Assembly: GCF_000181795.1 (NCBI RefSeq)
Contig: NW_003526944.1
Coordinates: forward strand, 300,269-364,268
Direction: 5' to 3'
Origin: Trichinella spiralis
Taxonomy: Eukaryota
DNA length: 64,000 bases
Within the stretch, counting starts at the first letter, position 1. Each line of letters starts with the position of its first letter. Both the position numbers and the translations under genes were made by a program. Of this stretch, positions 24,356 through 36,090 are shown piece after piece. The notes beneath the pieces were generated by a model that searched no databases, was not told where the DNA came from, and saw nothing but the letters and a program-made list of their open reading frames with translations.

Positions 24356-26815
24356 TCAGTTAGTAAAGTAGAAAAAACCAAAGCCACACAAAGCAATAAA
24401 AATGCCTCCAATTGCAGAATCATGAAGAAAGCAGTAATTTGAAAAAATACTGAATAACTGAATATCCCTTATTGTTTGCAATGGAAAATAATTTTCAAAT
24501 TGAATAAAAATAACAATGCATTTACCTGTAAAATCTTCTTTCGAATTGTAGATGGTATTTCTGCTGGATTGATGCGTGCAATACAATGATGGCATATCGG
24601 TGGGGTTCTATTCATTCCTTTGGGAATGAGATCAAACAAAGTCAACTTGTAAGCCAAAGAACGCATTGCGCCAGAGTGTTGCAGCAGTCGATGACGTTGC
24701 CATATTGCTTGATCAGAACAAGTATCAATTATCTAAAAGGTAAACATTCTTATCAGCAATAATTAAAATGATAATTTCCATTCGTATGCTTAGACGTACC
24801 GCTTTTATTAAAGAATAATCGACCATCACTTTGCATTTCAATCTGAATAACAGATTTTCTTTTTGCTTATAAAATCTAAATCAATAATAATAATAACAAT
24901 AGTAAATATATGAACGTAAAATGAACTGTTTGCAACACTGAAGCCAATGCATTCCAACATCCCATGCGAGAATTTCAAATTTCATTTCGTCTGCATCTTC
25001 AAAAATTTCATAAGCCAGAAATCTATAAATAAAACAAGGTAAAATAAATTTATACAAAATATTAAAAAATAATAAAAATTTTAATTAAGCAATATTAAAA
25101 TTACATATTCTAATCATTATCATATCTCATAAAACAATTAGCATTTTACATCTGTGATCACACTTTTGAGCACATTATCACAAACTAATTATTACACAAA
25201 ATAAATAATGCATAAAATTACATCAATGTCTTTTAGTAACAATGTACCTTTCTCATGACAATGAAAATTTTTTTAACATTACTTCATTTTGTATAATAAT
25301 TTTAAATTCTTAATTTGAGTAATTTTGGTTTTGAAAAATGCTTGTTTACAGCGTTTATTGAGTATCAAGTGAAAATTAGTGCCCTATTCATTTATAATTT
25401 TTCATTTATTCAAATTTTAAAATCAACTTTTTCCTTGGTCATGGTCTTCAGCAGTAAAACGTAAAAGCTTTAACTAATAAACATATTTATTGTAATATCT
25501 TTTAAAACATGGTCGTTAAAAATTGCTTTAAATACAGTGTAGAAAACTTACAAAAGTTTGTAGAACAAATCTTTTGTGTAGTGGTAAACTTCTAAACGTC
25601 GAAAATACACAAAAACCACCGCCAAAAGAAACTAAAAAAGAATAGTAAAATGATATGCAAATGGAAAAATTATCAATTACCCTGTCCGTGTAGCGATGAC
25701 AATAGTCAAATTTCAAAAATGCAGAAACAGATGGATCATTTTCTACACGAAAAAATGTGAATTTAATTTCAAAAAACAAAACTAAAAAAATATCACTTAC
25801 CAAGAAACTTCAAGTAAGAAAGAACTTGTTCAGATGTAAAACACAGTTGCTTAGATGATTCCCGCACACAAATTGGCTTCAGTATAGAAGCTTTGCAATG
25901 TTCAGGAGTAACGCTTTCTCGAAAACATAATTTTCCTCTTGGATAACCAATTCTATCGTCGATGTTTTCTTTGGAAAATTGCAACGAACATTTGTTGTGC
26001 TTAATCTGACTGTTTACCCAAATATTTTTCAAATTTTTACCAAAAGAACGCACCTCGTCTTCAGTAAAATCAAATAATTTTCTTTTTCCCAAATAATCTC
26101 TGTGCTTTACTCTGTTGCAATTTTCTTTTCCCGCTATACAAAACCTATCCATCTAAAATGCAAACTGTCAAAATAATAGAACAATTGATTCACAACAATA
26201 TATATATAATTAAAATGAACAAAAAATAATAATGTTTTAGCCGAATTTTTATTTAAGGAGTTTTAAACTCTAGAATTACATACAGAATTTTCATAAAATT
26301 AATGAAATTAATCAAATATTAAATCATTATTGAAATCAAAACTTTAAATACAAAAAATGGCAAAAACTGATTTAGAAAATGCATCCCATTATTATTATTA
26401 TTATTATTATTAAAAGACCAAGATGCAACATTAATGAATTATTCATATTATGACAGTTTAACACTGATCATTGCATACATTGATTTCGTTATTAACGGAT
26501 CGTTAATAACGTAAAATATCAAAGCATAAATTATGGCAATTTCAAAAACTTTTCAAAAACATGCAAAACAACATTCTTCAACAGTAAAACAGCATGAAAA
26601 ACCATTAATCTAATTCATCTAATTTAAGAAGTAAATTGCATCAATGCAACATTAGTACAATACTGTTATGGACTATTTCATGATTTTTAATTTCAAAAAC
26701 AATTACAATTCTTTGTGTTGTATAAATATTTTCGCTTTTTAAGTTAATTATCAACATTTATGCTAACACTGAATTAAAAATAGAAGTAACTTACCCAAAG
26801 CTTCTGTGATTTCAT
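24356..26815 (-). CDS. SPDY: Speedy/RINGO (Spy1) family non-cyclin CDK activator; exons 26815-26795, 26152-25801, 25742-25681, 25631-25552, 25022-24927, 24875-24800, 24732-24526, (24457-24356)
   Basis: Phase-consistent GT-AG splicing gives FLKFDYCHRYTDRFLLAVVFVYFRR...LFLAYEIFEDADEMKFEILAWDVGMHW...IWQRHRLLQHSGAMR...PPICHHC. This is collinear with the Speedy/RINGO box as I recall it (FLxxDxCxxxxDKYLLAMxFVYFxR; LYLANxxEED...KYEIFPWALG; IWQRERSVHHSGAVR). First and last exons are less certain. Confidence 0.88.
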
Positions 26816-27050
26816 TTTCCTTGCAATGACTGTATAATAATAATTTTTTGTACAGTAACAGTAAATTCAAATAATTGATTTACAAGACAGTCTACAATAA
26901 AAAATTTATGCAGACTGTATTTTTTTATTTTAATATTTTTTAACCAAATATTTTCGAATATTTATTAATGAATATAAACCTCAATGAAATACATTAATTT
27001 TTCGATTTATCTTTGCTTCAAAATTAAAACAAATATAGCGCTAAAAATTC

Positions 27051-27058
27051 TGACGTGT
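27051..27058 (+). promoter_or_regulatory. UPRE/CRE-like element TGACGTGT upstream of cyclophilin B
   Basis: TGACGTG core ~100 bp upstream of the ATG of an ER foldase, in the 342-bp divergent intergenic region. Confidence 0.4.
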
Positions 27059-27157
27059 CATTTACTGTATGTGTAACAAAACTTGATTTTCATGTCTTAC
27101 TATAACCATTAAGCATAACTATTGAGGTTGGGTTTTTGACATTTTGGTTTCGTCGAG

Positions 27158-27769
27158 ATGCACGTTAAGCAGTTCGTGTTCGTTTTCATCTTAATTCCTT
27201 TAGTATTTTGTGATGAAAACAAAGGTCCAAAAGTGACGAAGAAAGTGTTTTTCGATATCCAGATTGGCAATGAAAATGTCGGCAGGATTGTTATTGGTCT
27301 TTTTGGAAAAACGGTGCCGAAAACTGTCGAAAACTTTGTTACCTTAGCAAAGGAAACTAATCCAAAAAAAGGCTATATAAAATCCAAATTTCATCGTGTT
27401 ATAAAAAATTTTATGATTCAAGGTGGCGATTTTACCAATGGCGATGGCACTGGTGGACGAAGTATCTATGGGGAGAGATTTCCTGATGAAAACTTCAAAT
27501 TGCTACATTACGGAGCTGGTTGGTTAAGTATGGCTAATGCGGGAAAAGACACTAACGGATCCCAGTTTTTTATCACTACTGTTGCTACACCATGGTTAAA
27601 TGGAAAACATGTCGTTTTTGGTAAAGTTTTGGAAGGAATGGACGTTGTAAGAAAGATAGAAAATACAAAGACTGGTCCTAGCGATCGTCCAGTTGAAGTT
27701 GTTATTATTGCAGATTGCGGAGAGCTTCCAGTGGATGAACCATTTTCAGTCAGCAAAACCGATGCATAG
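27158..27769 (+). CDS. PPIB: Peptidyl-prolyl cis-trans isomerase, cyclophilin B type (signal peptide), 203 aa, intronless
   Basis: Signal peptide followed by [62 protein letters not shown] and GKHVVFGKV. Confidence 0.96.
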   Translation: MHVKQFVFVFILIPLVFCDENKGPKVTKKVFFDIQIGNENVGRIVIGLFGKTVPKTVENFVTLAKETNPKKGYIKSKFHRVIKNFMIQGGDFTNGDGTGGRSIYGERFPDENFKLLHYGAGWLSMANAGKDTNGSQFFITTVATPWLNGKHVVFGKVLEGMDVVRKIENTKTGPSDRPVEVVIIADCGELPVDEPFSVSKTDA

Positions 27770-28657
27770 ATTGATATATTCTTATTTCATTCAGTTATAT
27801 ACTAATTATTGTTAATTTCAAGTTGAAAATTGTTACTATTTTTTCAATGAAAAGTAAATTGTTTGAAAATTTGTTTCTTGCTTTCAAATTTTCTCAAAAA
27901 TCTATGTTTACAAGGTCATGGCACATATAGAGATGTTGTGCTGTTTTTCAATAAATCATTAACTGATGTAAGAGCACATTATTTTTATTACTATGTGAAT
28001 GTAAACGTTACAAATCTATTGCTATAGGTGTTGTAAAGGGTTAAAGAACTGCTTAAAATTGGGACAATTATTCTGTGCAACTAAACAATGTAAAATATAC
28101 ACAAACTGTGACGCAAGATGAGTAAACTGTGAACATGATTTCGCATATTTGAGAACAGATGATGATCATGCTGAACTGTATTATCAAATGCAGAATTATT
28201 TTAATACAAATATAGAAACTATAAACTTTTTATGGATTTAAAATTAAAGTGCAGCAGCTCAGTAACTCAATATTTGATGCATAATTCATCTTAGAGTTCA
28301 AAAAGATACTTTTCTTATTCAACTTAATTACATATTGAAAGTATTTTTAAGCAGTTCTGTTTGACAATAAATATAAATTTTACAAATATTTTTATATTCC
28401 AAACTGTTCAAACAAATATTAAGATACTCAAATGTAAAACCAAACAAGGAAAATAACGTTTTTTTCATTGAAAACAGTTAACAATTATAACAACAGTTAA
28501 TTTATAATACAGAAAATTTATCTGTTCATTTTATATAAATAAAAAGTCTAATAAATCTGGAACAACTGTACTACAGTGAATTCAAAAAATTGTACCTTTC
28601 TTCTTTAATGAACACTGTAGCGTTTTTTGTAGTTGAAATGGGATAAATGCTTTTAAA

Positions 28658-31600
28658 ATGAAAAGCTTGTTCAAAGAAAAGCAAGGTATTGCATTACGTT
28701 TCTCATTTTAAAAAGTGGTTTCCTCTTTTGATTTTAAGGAAATGAAAGGAATCCAGGTTGTCATTGTTCTAATGTATTTCAAATTGAAATAGATTGATAC
28801 TTTATGTTTTATATACCTTATTTTTACTTTAAGTTTATAATATTTCTACTCACTGCTTATGTCGTATGTGGATGAAATTCGAATAGAGTAATTGTAGAGT
28901 TAGAAAAGGCAAAACTAAAGGCCAAGCGCGAAGGTGATCTAGGTGAAGCTGCCTGTTGTTGCAGGACCTTAGGCTCTATATATGAAGAAAAAGGTAAGTT
29001 TATTTAAACTGAAGAATTTTGATTTGGATATTTAAGAAGTATAAATGTTATAGAAGATTATGAAGCTGCCTTAAGTCAGTATCAAGAGGAATTAAAAATT
29101 GTTTCGAATGACTTAGACTGTGCTATTGCACATCGAAGTATTGGCGAATGTTTGATGAATTTAGGTAATTCTTTTTATCTTACATTCCGTATCTTAAGAT
29201 GATATTTTTAGAGCGATTTGAGGAGGCTGTTCCGGAGATTGAGGCATATCGAACGCTTTCAGAGAAAATTGGCAACGAATATCAGCTTCAGTTGGCATAT
29301 CATGTAATGGGTTCACTATATTTTCGATGGGCCGATGTTGAGAATATTCTTCAAACTCCTATAATTCGACGTGATTACATATTAAAAGTATTATTAATTA
29401 ATATTTTTTTTTCAATTTAATGTAAATGAAATTTATATATTTATATAAAGGCGTATAAAGCTTTCGAAACTTCGTTACGTCTCTGCCAAACATCTAAAGA
29501 CGTTTCCAATATGACAATCAGAACAGCTGCAGTCCATTTACAATTAGGCCTTGTTCAAATGGATCTTAAAGAATTTGAAAATGCTGCAGAACATTTTGAA
29601 GCTGTTATTCAACTTCAACCGTAACTCATTTAAATACCTTTATTTTCGATCTTATGTATTTATATTTCTTTATTTCTGTTCTCTTTTAGAACCGACACTG
29701 ATGCAGTTCGTCTTGCCATTGCCCAACTGATTGATGTACATTGCAAACTTTGCTGCTTTCGCACTGCGTTGAAGTATGCTTTGCAATTGATGAGCACAGA
29801 TCAAAGTAAATCGAACCGAAATAACATTTTGGATTCTTTGGTAACTTGTGGACATGTACGTATAGTCTGTTATCTGTCAATTTTTTTAAAATATACCATT
29901 ACTGAATGAATAGCATGCAAATTTTAGGTTTACGTTGATCTGGAAGATTTCAAAAATGCAACTACTATGTTCAAGAAAGCGTTGAAAGTAAAATGCTCAA
30001 ATGGTGCTTTGAAGAGATCTTGCAAGAAATGGCTTCGCGAAGGTAAAAAAAAGAATTTCCATTATTCAGTTTTAAATTTTATATATTTGCAGTTACTAAA
30101 TTAGAAGAACTGTTCGATAAATGCAACGCAATAGGGCAAAACACTGACGAGAAATTTGCACTGTTTGAACAAATGGCAGATACATATGCGGATGCGCTCA
30201 GTTCTGGCGAATACAAACACTACACTTTGGCGATAAAATATTACAAAGAAATGGTATTGCTTTTTACTTTTGTTTTGTTTTTTATGAAACAATAAAATTG
30301 ATGAATAATTTTTATAATTCACTAGTTAAACAGTGCTATAATGTTGGGGAAAAATCCGTATCTGTGCTATGTATCGATTGCGAGGACATATGAAGATATG
30401 GAAGATTATGACAAAGCAGTTGAATATTTGAAGCTGGTGATGGAATATGAAAAAGAAAATCCAAGCGAGGTAAACATCATTTTCGATAATTGTGCATTTG
30501 CAAAAAAAGAAAAGGATTTTATCACTATCACTATTTACAGCAAGGTCAGACATTGCTCAGCATTGCTGTGTTGACGGAGAAAAGAAATTCATCATTTCAT
30601 GATGTCAATGATGCGTATAATGCAGCATCGATGGTGGCGGAAAAAAGTGTCGATAACAATTTATTGGTAATAATAATGTTTCTTTTTAATGCAAATTGAA
30701 AATATGGTTTTAGTCGAATGTATATCACGATTGGTTTTTCTATCTGAAAGCGAATAGAAATGCAGTGGATTTTAACTGTGAACAATTTGAACAAGTAGCT
30801 AAGAGATGGGATGGTTTGGAAGCGTTCTACAAAGATCAGGTTGATAATCTGTCTAAAATGGAAGTTGAAGATGATTCTGCCGACAGCAGTGAAAGTGGTA
30901 AGTTATTTATTTATATCGAGTTTGGTTATTTAAATTCTTGATTCAAATTTTAGATTCGCACTCGTCGAATGAATTGGAAAGATCACAGAGTCAGAATAGA
31001 CGAAAGAAACAACCTGGCAAGCCAAAAACGAATCTGCTTGGTGAAACTGATTTACATGTGGCATGCATAAAGAACAAATTGAATACTGTACATTCACTGT
31101 TAAAGAAAGTATGGAATAATTGTTTTTCAAATTCAGGTTTTACATTATTTTAAAGATATTACTTGTTCCAACAAAAGGGACATCCTGTGAATGTGTTCGA
31201 CAATGCCGGATGGACACCTTTGCACGAAGCGGCCAATCGTGGTTTTACTTCTTTAATTCAAATTCTGATAGAAAATGGCGCAGATGTGAATATCAGAGGA
31301 TGCCAACAGCTCACCGCCGCTATGGATGCAGCCGTGAATGGTCACTTGGATACAGTGTTGCTTCTGCTCAATCAGGGTGCAGATGTAAACCTTCTCGATG
31401 AGCAAGTATGCAATTCAATTATTTGTCGATTGGTTTAAGTTTGGTTAGAATTTTGATATCAATCAATGAAGAAGAAGATAAACAAGCATGTGAACAAGAA
31501 AAAATAATTAATGTTTCAGGGTTTATCGTTGCTGCATTATTTGTGCGATTGGGAAAGAGATAACAAAGATGAGCTGCAGAGTGATTGTGAAACCCAAGCC

Positions 31601-34170
31601 ACTTTCAACCGAGTGAAAAGCAAAGTTTTAGAAATGATGGATGCAGGTAAAAAATACAGGAAAGAAGGTGACAATGTATATATGCGTTAATGCTTATTTT
31701 TCCTATAACAAGACTTAGCCAAAGAGCAGTTGAAAATGAGAAATCGTCTTAAGCGAAAGCGACGTCTCAACGATCAAGCAACTGAAGATATTTCAAAAAA
31801 TGAGGGGAAATTTATTAAAGATGAAAAATGTGTTTCATTCGGAGTTGATGAAGAAGAAGAGATTAATTTTGACCAACCGGGTGGAGGAAAGAAAGCTTAT
31901 TTGAGCGCTTTGAAAAGCGTGGGCAGTCGAGCGAACAGAGTCAAGGTGACAAGCGTTGTTGATCAAGAGCAAGCTACAACATCGTCGGCTGCTTACGTGG
32001 GATTGGTTACAGAGGATGAATTTAAAATAGCCGAAACGTTTTTCGTCGATGATAATGATCAACCGATTGAAATGCACGAATCGAGGAAGCAGTGTTTCCC
32101 AGCTGCCGACCGACGGTTGAAAAACAATAATAGCCGCATTGCAGCTACGAACAGAAAGTTCCACAAAGAATCTGCATGGGATGTGAAAAAAGTGAATGAT
32201 AACAATGCGACAAAAAATGAAGAACAATCAATTGCTTGTAAATTCGACCAACGGCTAACTGAACTCGATTCAGAGGATGGTGAATCCAGTGTCGAAGAAA
32301 GTGATGACAATGAGTTGATCCAAGCAACCGAATCTACACCTACACCCTGTGAATCTGTGATTTATATGAAAATCAATGTTGACGGATGGAATTGTGCTGT
32401 TCCAATTTCTAAAGAGTGAGAGAGATTGATTGATTTCACTTGCTTGGAAAATTATAAATCATATTTAATTATTTTCAGAGATCATTCTAAAGATGTAAAA
32501 TGGTTGACAGAAGAAATTGCTACCCGTTACGCGGTACGTCATTACCATAAACCAATTCTGATATTGTGTACAGAAGATGGTGCTGAACTGTGCGAAACGG
32601 ATTCAATTCAAGTGGTCATTTCTGCAAAATTAAAAGTAGATCAAATGATTACTTTTTTTTAAAAAAAAGTCGCATTTTTCATTTTATGTAACATTTCAAC
32701 GACAATTTAAATTGTTTGTCCACTTGCATGTTATAGTTGCAGTGCCGTATTGTTGATTGGAATGAAGTGCCCACAGCTGATACGTACAAACAGTTGTGCG
32801 AAAGTGTGAATATGCGTAAGTTTTGCATTTGACCGTTTGCATTTGTTTTTTTTCTTTCAATATATTCATAATTCAGCGGTTTGCGATGTGATTGTTGAAG
32901 CACTTTGCTCAGCTGACGAATCAGGAAAGTTGGTCTGTGATAACTATTCCCTGGCTGATGTAACGGCACCATACGTGTTTGAATCAATTCTGTTCAGCAA
33001 GTAAGTATAGAAAAGAGATTTTGATTTGATCTCATGTTTGAAAAATAATACATAAATAAAGCTTCTCCTATTTGCAAATACAGATTGACCGTGCTTGATC
33101 TGAGTTGCAACACTCTGAGCAAAGAATGCATGGTTGAATTGGGCAATGTGTTGATCTGCATGTCGAATTTGATCTCCCTGAGTGTGAGCTGCTGCTCACT
33201 AACATCAGATCACTTGAACTTTCTTGCGCAAACTTTGGAAGAGCACAATTTGAAAGTAAGATAAGAAGATCACTGTTGAGAACTTCGACTCAATTTTCTT
33301 TTCAGAATTTGCATCACTTAGATTTGAGCTTCAACATACTGGGCGATGGTTGCGCGGTTTCGTTGATGCAGTTGCTCTGCCGGTGTCCAAAGTTGCGCAG
33401 TCTTGATCTGCGTGGCGTTGGCTTGACGAACAATTTTCAAATACTTCCTCAACAGAATTGGCCAAGTTGACATTTATGACATAGCAAAATTAAATTTTTT
33501 TTAAATCTTCTTTCCTTTGAAGAACTTGCATTGGACAGTTTGAATTTACAATACAACGCCATCGATGAACGAGTGATCAATTTCTTCTTGACCATGTCAA
33601 GTGCGGTGAAAAAGCTACAACTCTGTTGCCAACTCAACAATACACAACGATCCATTGAAAGTTGCTTTCCCACACTGAGCAATTTTGAGGTAAAAAAAAT
33701 AATATTTCGATCGAATGATGAATTGAAAAAACAAAAAGCGGTTCACTGTTTTTCAGCTGATGACCAACCTGCAATTAACCAATGTCAACTTGGGTTTCTG
33801 CTTTGGACAGTTTGTCGAGATGTTACCCAAATTGAAAAGCCTCTGCAGCTTGGATGTATCACTGAACAAGCTGTCGGTGGAGAATTTTACAACTCTACTC
33901 GACGTCATGGTCAAACTTTGCCCTGCGTTGGTGTCGGTGGATTTTGAGGGCAACGATCCGAACGCCTTTGAACAGGAACCATTCAGAATTGCTTTGCAAC
34001 TTGCTCTTTTCCAAAAGCAGAAATCAATACAATTTCTACGTCTAACAACAGGCAGACTACATCTACAGTCAACTAATTATGAAGAAATGATACAAATGTG
34101 GCGCCTACGATGGAACAAACGCAGCGTTGTACAAAAACTCCATTCACAACTTACAATGACCATATTTTGA
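28658..34170 (+). CDS. TONSL: Tonsoku-like protein (TPR - ankyrin - UBL - LRR), ~20 exons
   Basis: N-terminal TPRs (ELEKAKLKAKREG..., CAIAHRSIGECL), three ankyrin repeats (GETDLHVAC, DNAGWTPLHEAAN), an acidic linker, a UBL-like segment (VKWLTEEIATRY...TEDGAEL) and C-terminal LRRs (LHHLDLSFNILGD, LCSLDVSLNKLS). Canonical GT-AG introns. Confidence 0.92.
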
Positions 34171-34604
34171 TACGTGCAATTTATATTCTGTTTTATCCCA
34201 AGCTTTCGAGATTTCCATTCGAAACCATTTTCTTCAAAGCTTTACATCAATTTTTCATTGTCGAATTTACTAGTGTTTTTTTACATGCGACGAAGCAAGC
34301 ATAAATATTATCACCATTCACTTAAAAGTTCGTTGTAAAAATTTCAACATTTTCTTCTAATTCTGTAAAATATTGTTAATTCAAGAAAAGTAAAAGAAAG
34401 AAAATAAACCTCTAGTTCTCAACTAAATGATGAAACAGAAGCGAGAGAAACGCACCAAGAAAGAAAAAGTAAAACGTCAAATGCGGCAGCAGTATGACAG
34501 ATAAACAATGTGAATTAACTGATAAATTTCATCAATCAGAATTTGACGAATTAACAAAACAAATATTAATAATTGCCTACTTGACTATTGACGGCTTCAA
34601 TGGG

Positions 34605-36090
34605 TCAGTGCACTTCTGTAGGCACGGGGCAGCTAGGATAAACAGCAAGCCGGAACCATTTGGCAATTCTTTTCAATATGGCTACATAGTCGGTAAAATA
34701 ATTGGTGGCACTGTGATCGAGAGGAACTCTGGCAGGACGTTTAATTCTTGCATACGGCCCGACTGCTGGATCAAACACAAACTTCCAAAGCACCCAAATC
34801 CAACTTTCATGATGCATCAAATGATCATAATATTCTGGAGCAATTTTCCTTACCTACAAGATATATAGGAACAGTAATAATAACAAAAAAGCAACAAGTA
34901 AAAATTCACCACTAACCAATGGCAACCTAACACCTGGAATAAATGGAAAATCATGGTGCTCTACGTGATATCCGACGTTGAATGTGACCAAATTCAATGG
35001 CCCATAATATGAATAAGTTTCCTAAACGAACGTTATTAACGCATTAATATAACTGGACTATTCGGAAAACGGAAATAAATTGGAATATTCAAATTATAAG
35101 AAATCTGTTACTTGGCCAGGTTTGAAAACGTAGTGCTCAGAAATAAAATGACCAGCAGTTGGATGAATGCCCATTGACAAAATCATGCTCAAGATCAAAA
35201 AGGTGAATGATTTCCAACCAAAATATTGAATAACAAAATAATTTACAGTCATCTGCACGATGAAGTTCAAAATTTCCAAATCAGAAACTGCCTAAATAAA
35301 ACAACAATTCATTGCTCATTAAATGAAGAAATATACGAACTGATAAATAATTAATTCCTTTAAAAAAATACGCACTTTACGATAAATAACCAACGGTCGA
35401 AAGGCGTAGAAGAATGGTTGAAAAAAAAGCCAAATTAATTTTCTGAAAGAATTTGTGAACAGTCGAGCTTCGAAAAGAGTGGGAACGTCGGTGTCAAGCA
35501 CTTCTTCACCCATATAACGATGGTGTTCAATGTGATATTTCTTAAAGCTCACGCTAAATGGAAGTGGAATTGGAAAATTGGCAAATATGCCAAAAAGTCT
35601 ATTCTAAATAAAATAACATTTAAAACATAAAGATTAAATACAAAAATTCTCATATATACCCAAAGTGGTTTGCAGTTTCCAAATGCAGCGTTATGCGCAA
35701 TTTCATGAACCGCTAACATTAACGCATGATTGTATAGACCCCCTGAGAAGTATGCTTGAAGAAAAATCAACGCCCAGTCTGAATCTGAAACAAATTCAAT
35801 TAATGGAATTTATGATAAAAAACGCCAGTTATCAAGTTATGCAAACTACCTTTTAGCAAATAGCAAAATATAAATTGTGTGATAACAATGCAAGTAACAA
35901 CATAAACAAATGCATGATCAAAACCAAACAATGCTGCAATTTCTGGATGTTTCTCTAAAATTGTTTTTCATTCAAAGAAAGAAAATTTGAAAAATCAACG
36001 CAACATACTTAAAATCAAATTTCGTCGCGTCGCATGTGGTTCTTCGGTATAGGACCAATCATAGTCATTTCGAGAAACTTTTGCACCCAT
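34605..36090 (-). CDS. DEGS1: Sphingolipid delta(4)-desaturase / dihydroceramide desaturase, 7 exons
   Basis: N-terminus [23 protein letters not shown], His boxes HEIAH, HIEHH and HVEHHDFP, plus [12 protein letters not shown] and [10 protein letters not shown]. Confidence 0.95.

Noticed and set aside
31835..32327. Antisense ORFs over TONSL (and similar ones over cyclophilin, DEGS1, SNAP, MFS, UBR1)
   Set aside because: They are shadow frames of real coding exons.
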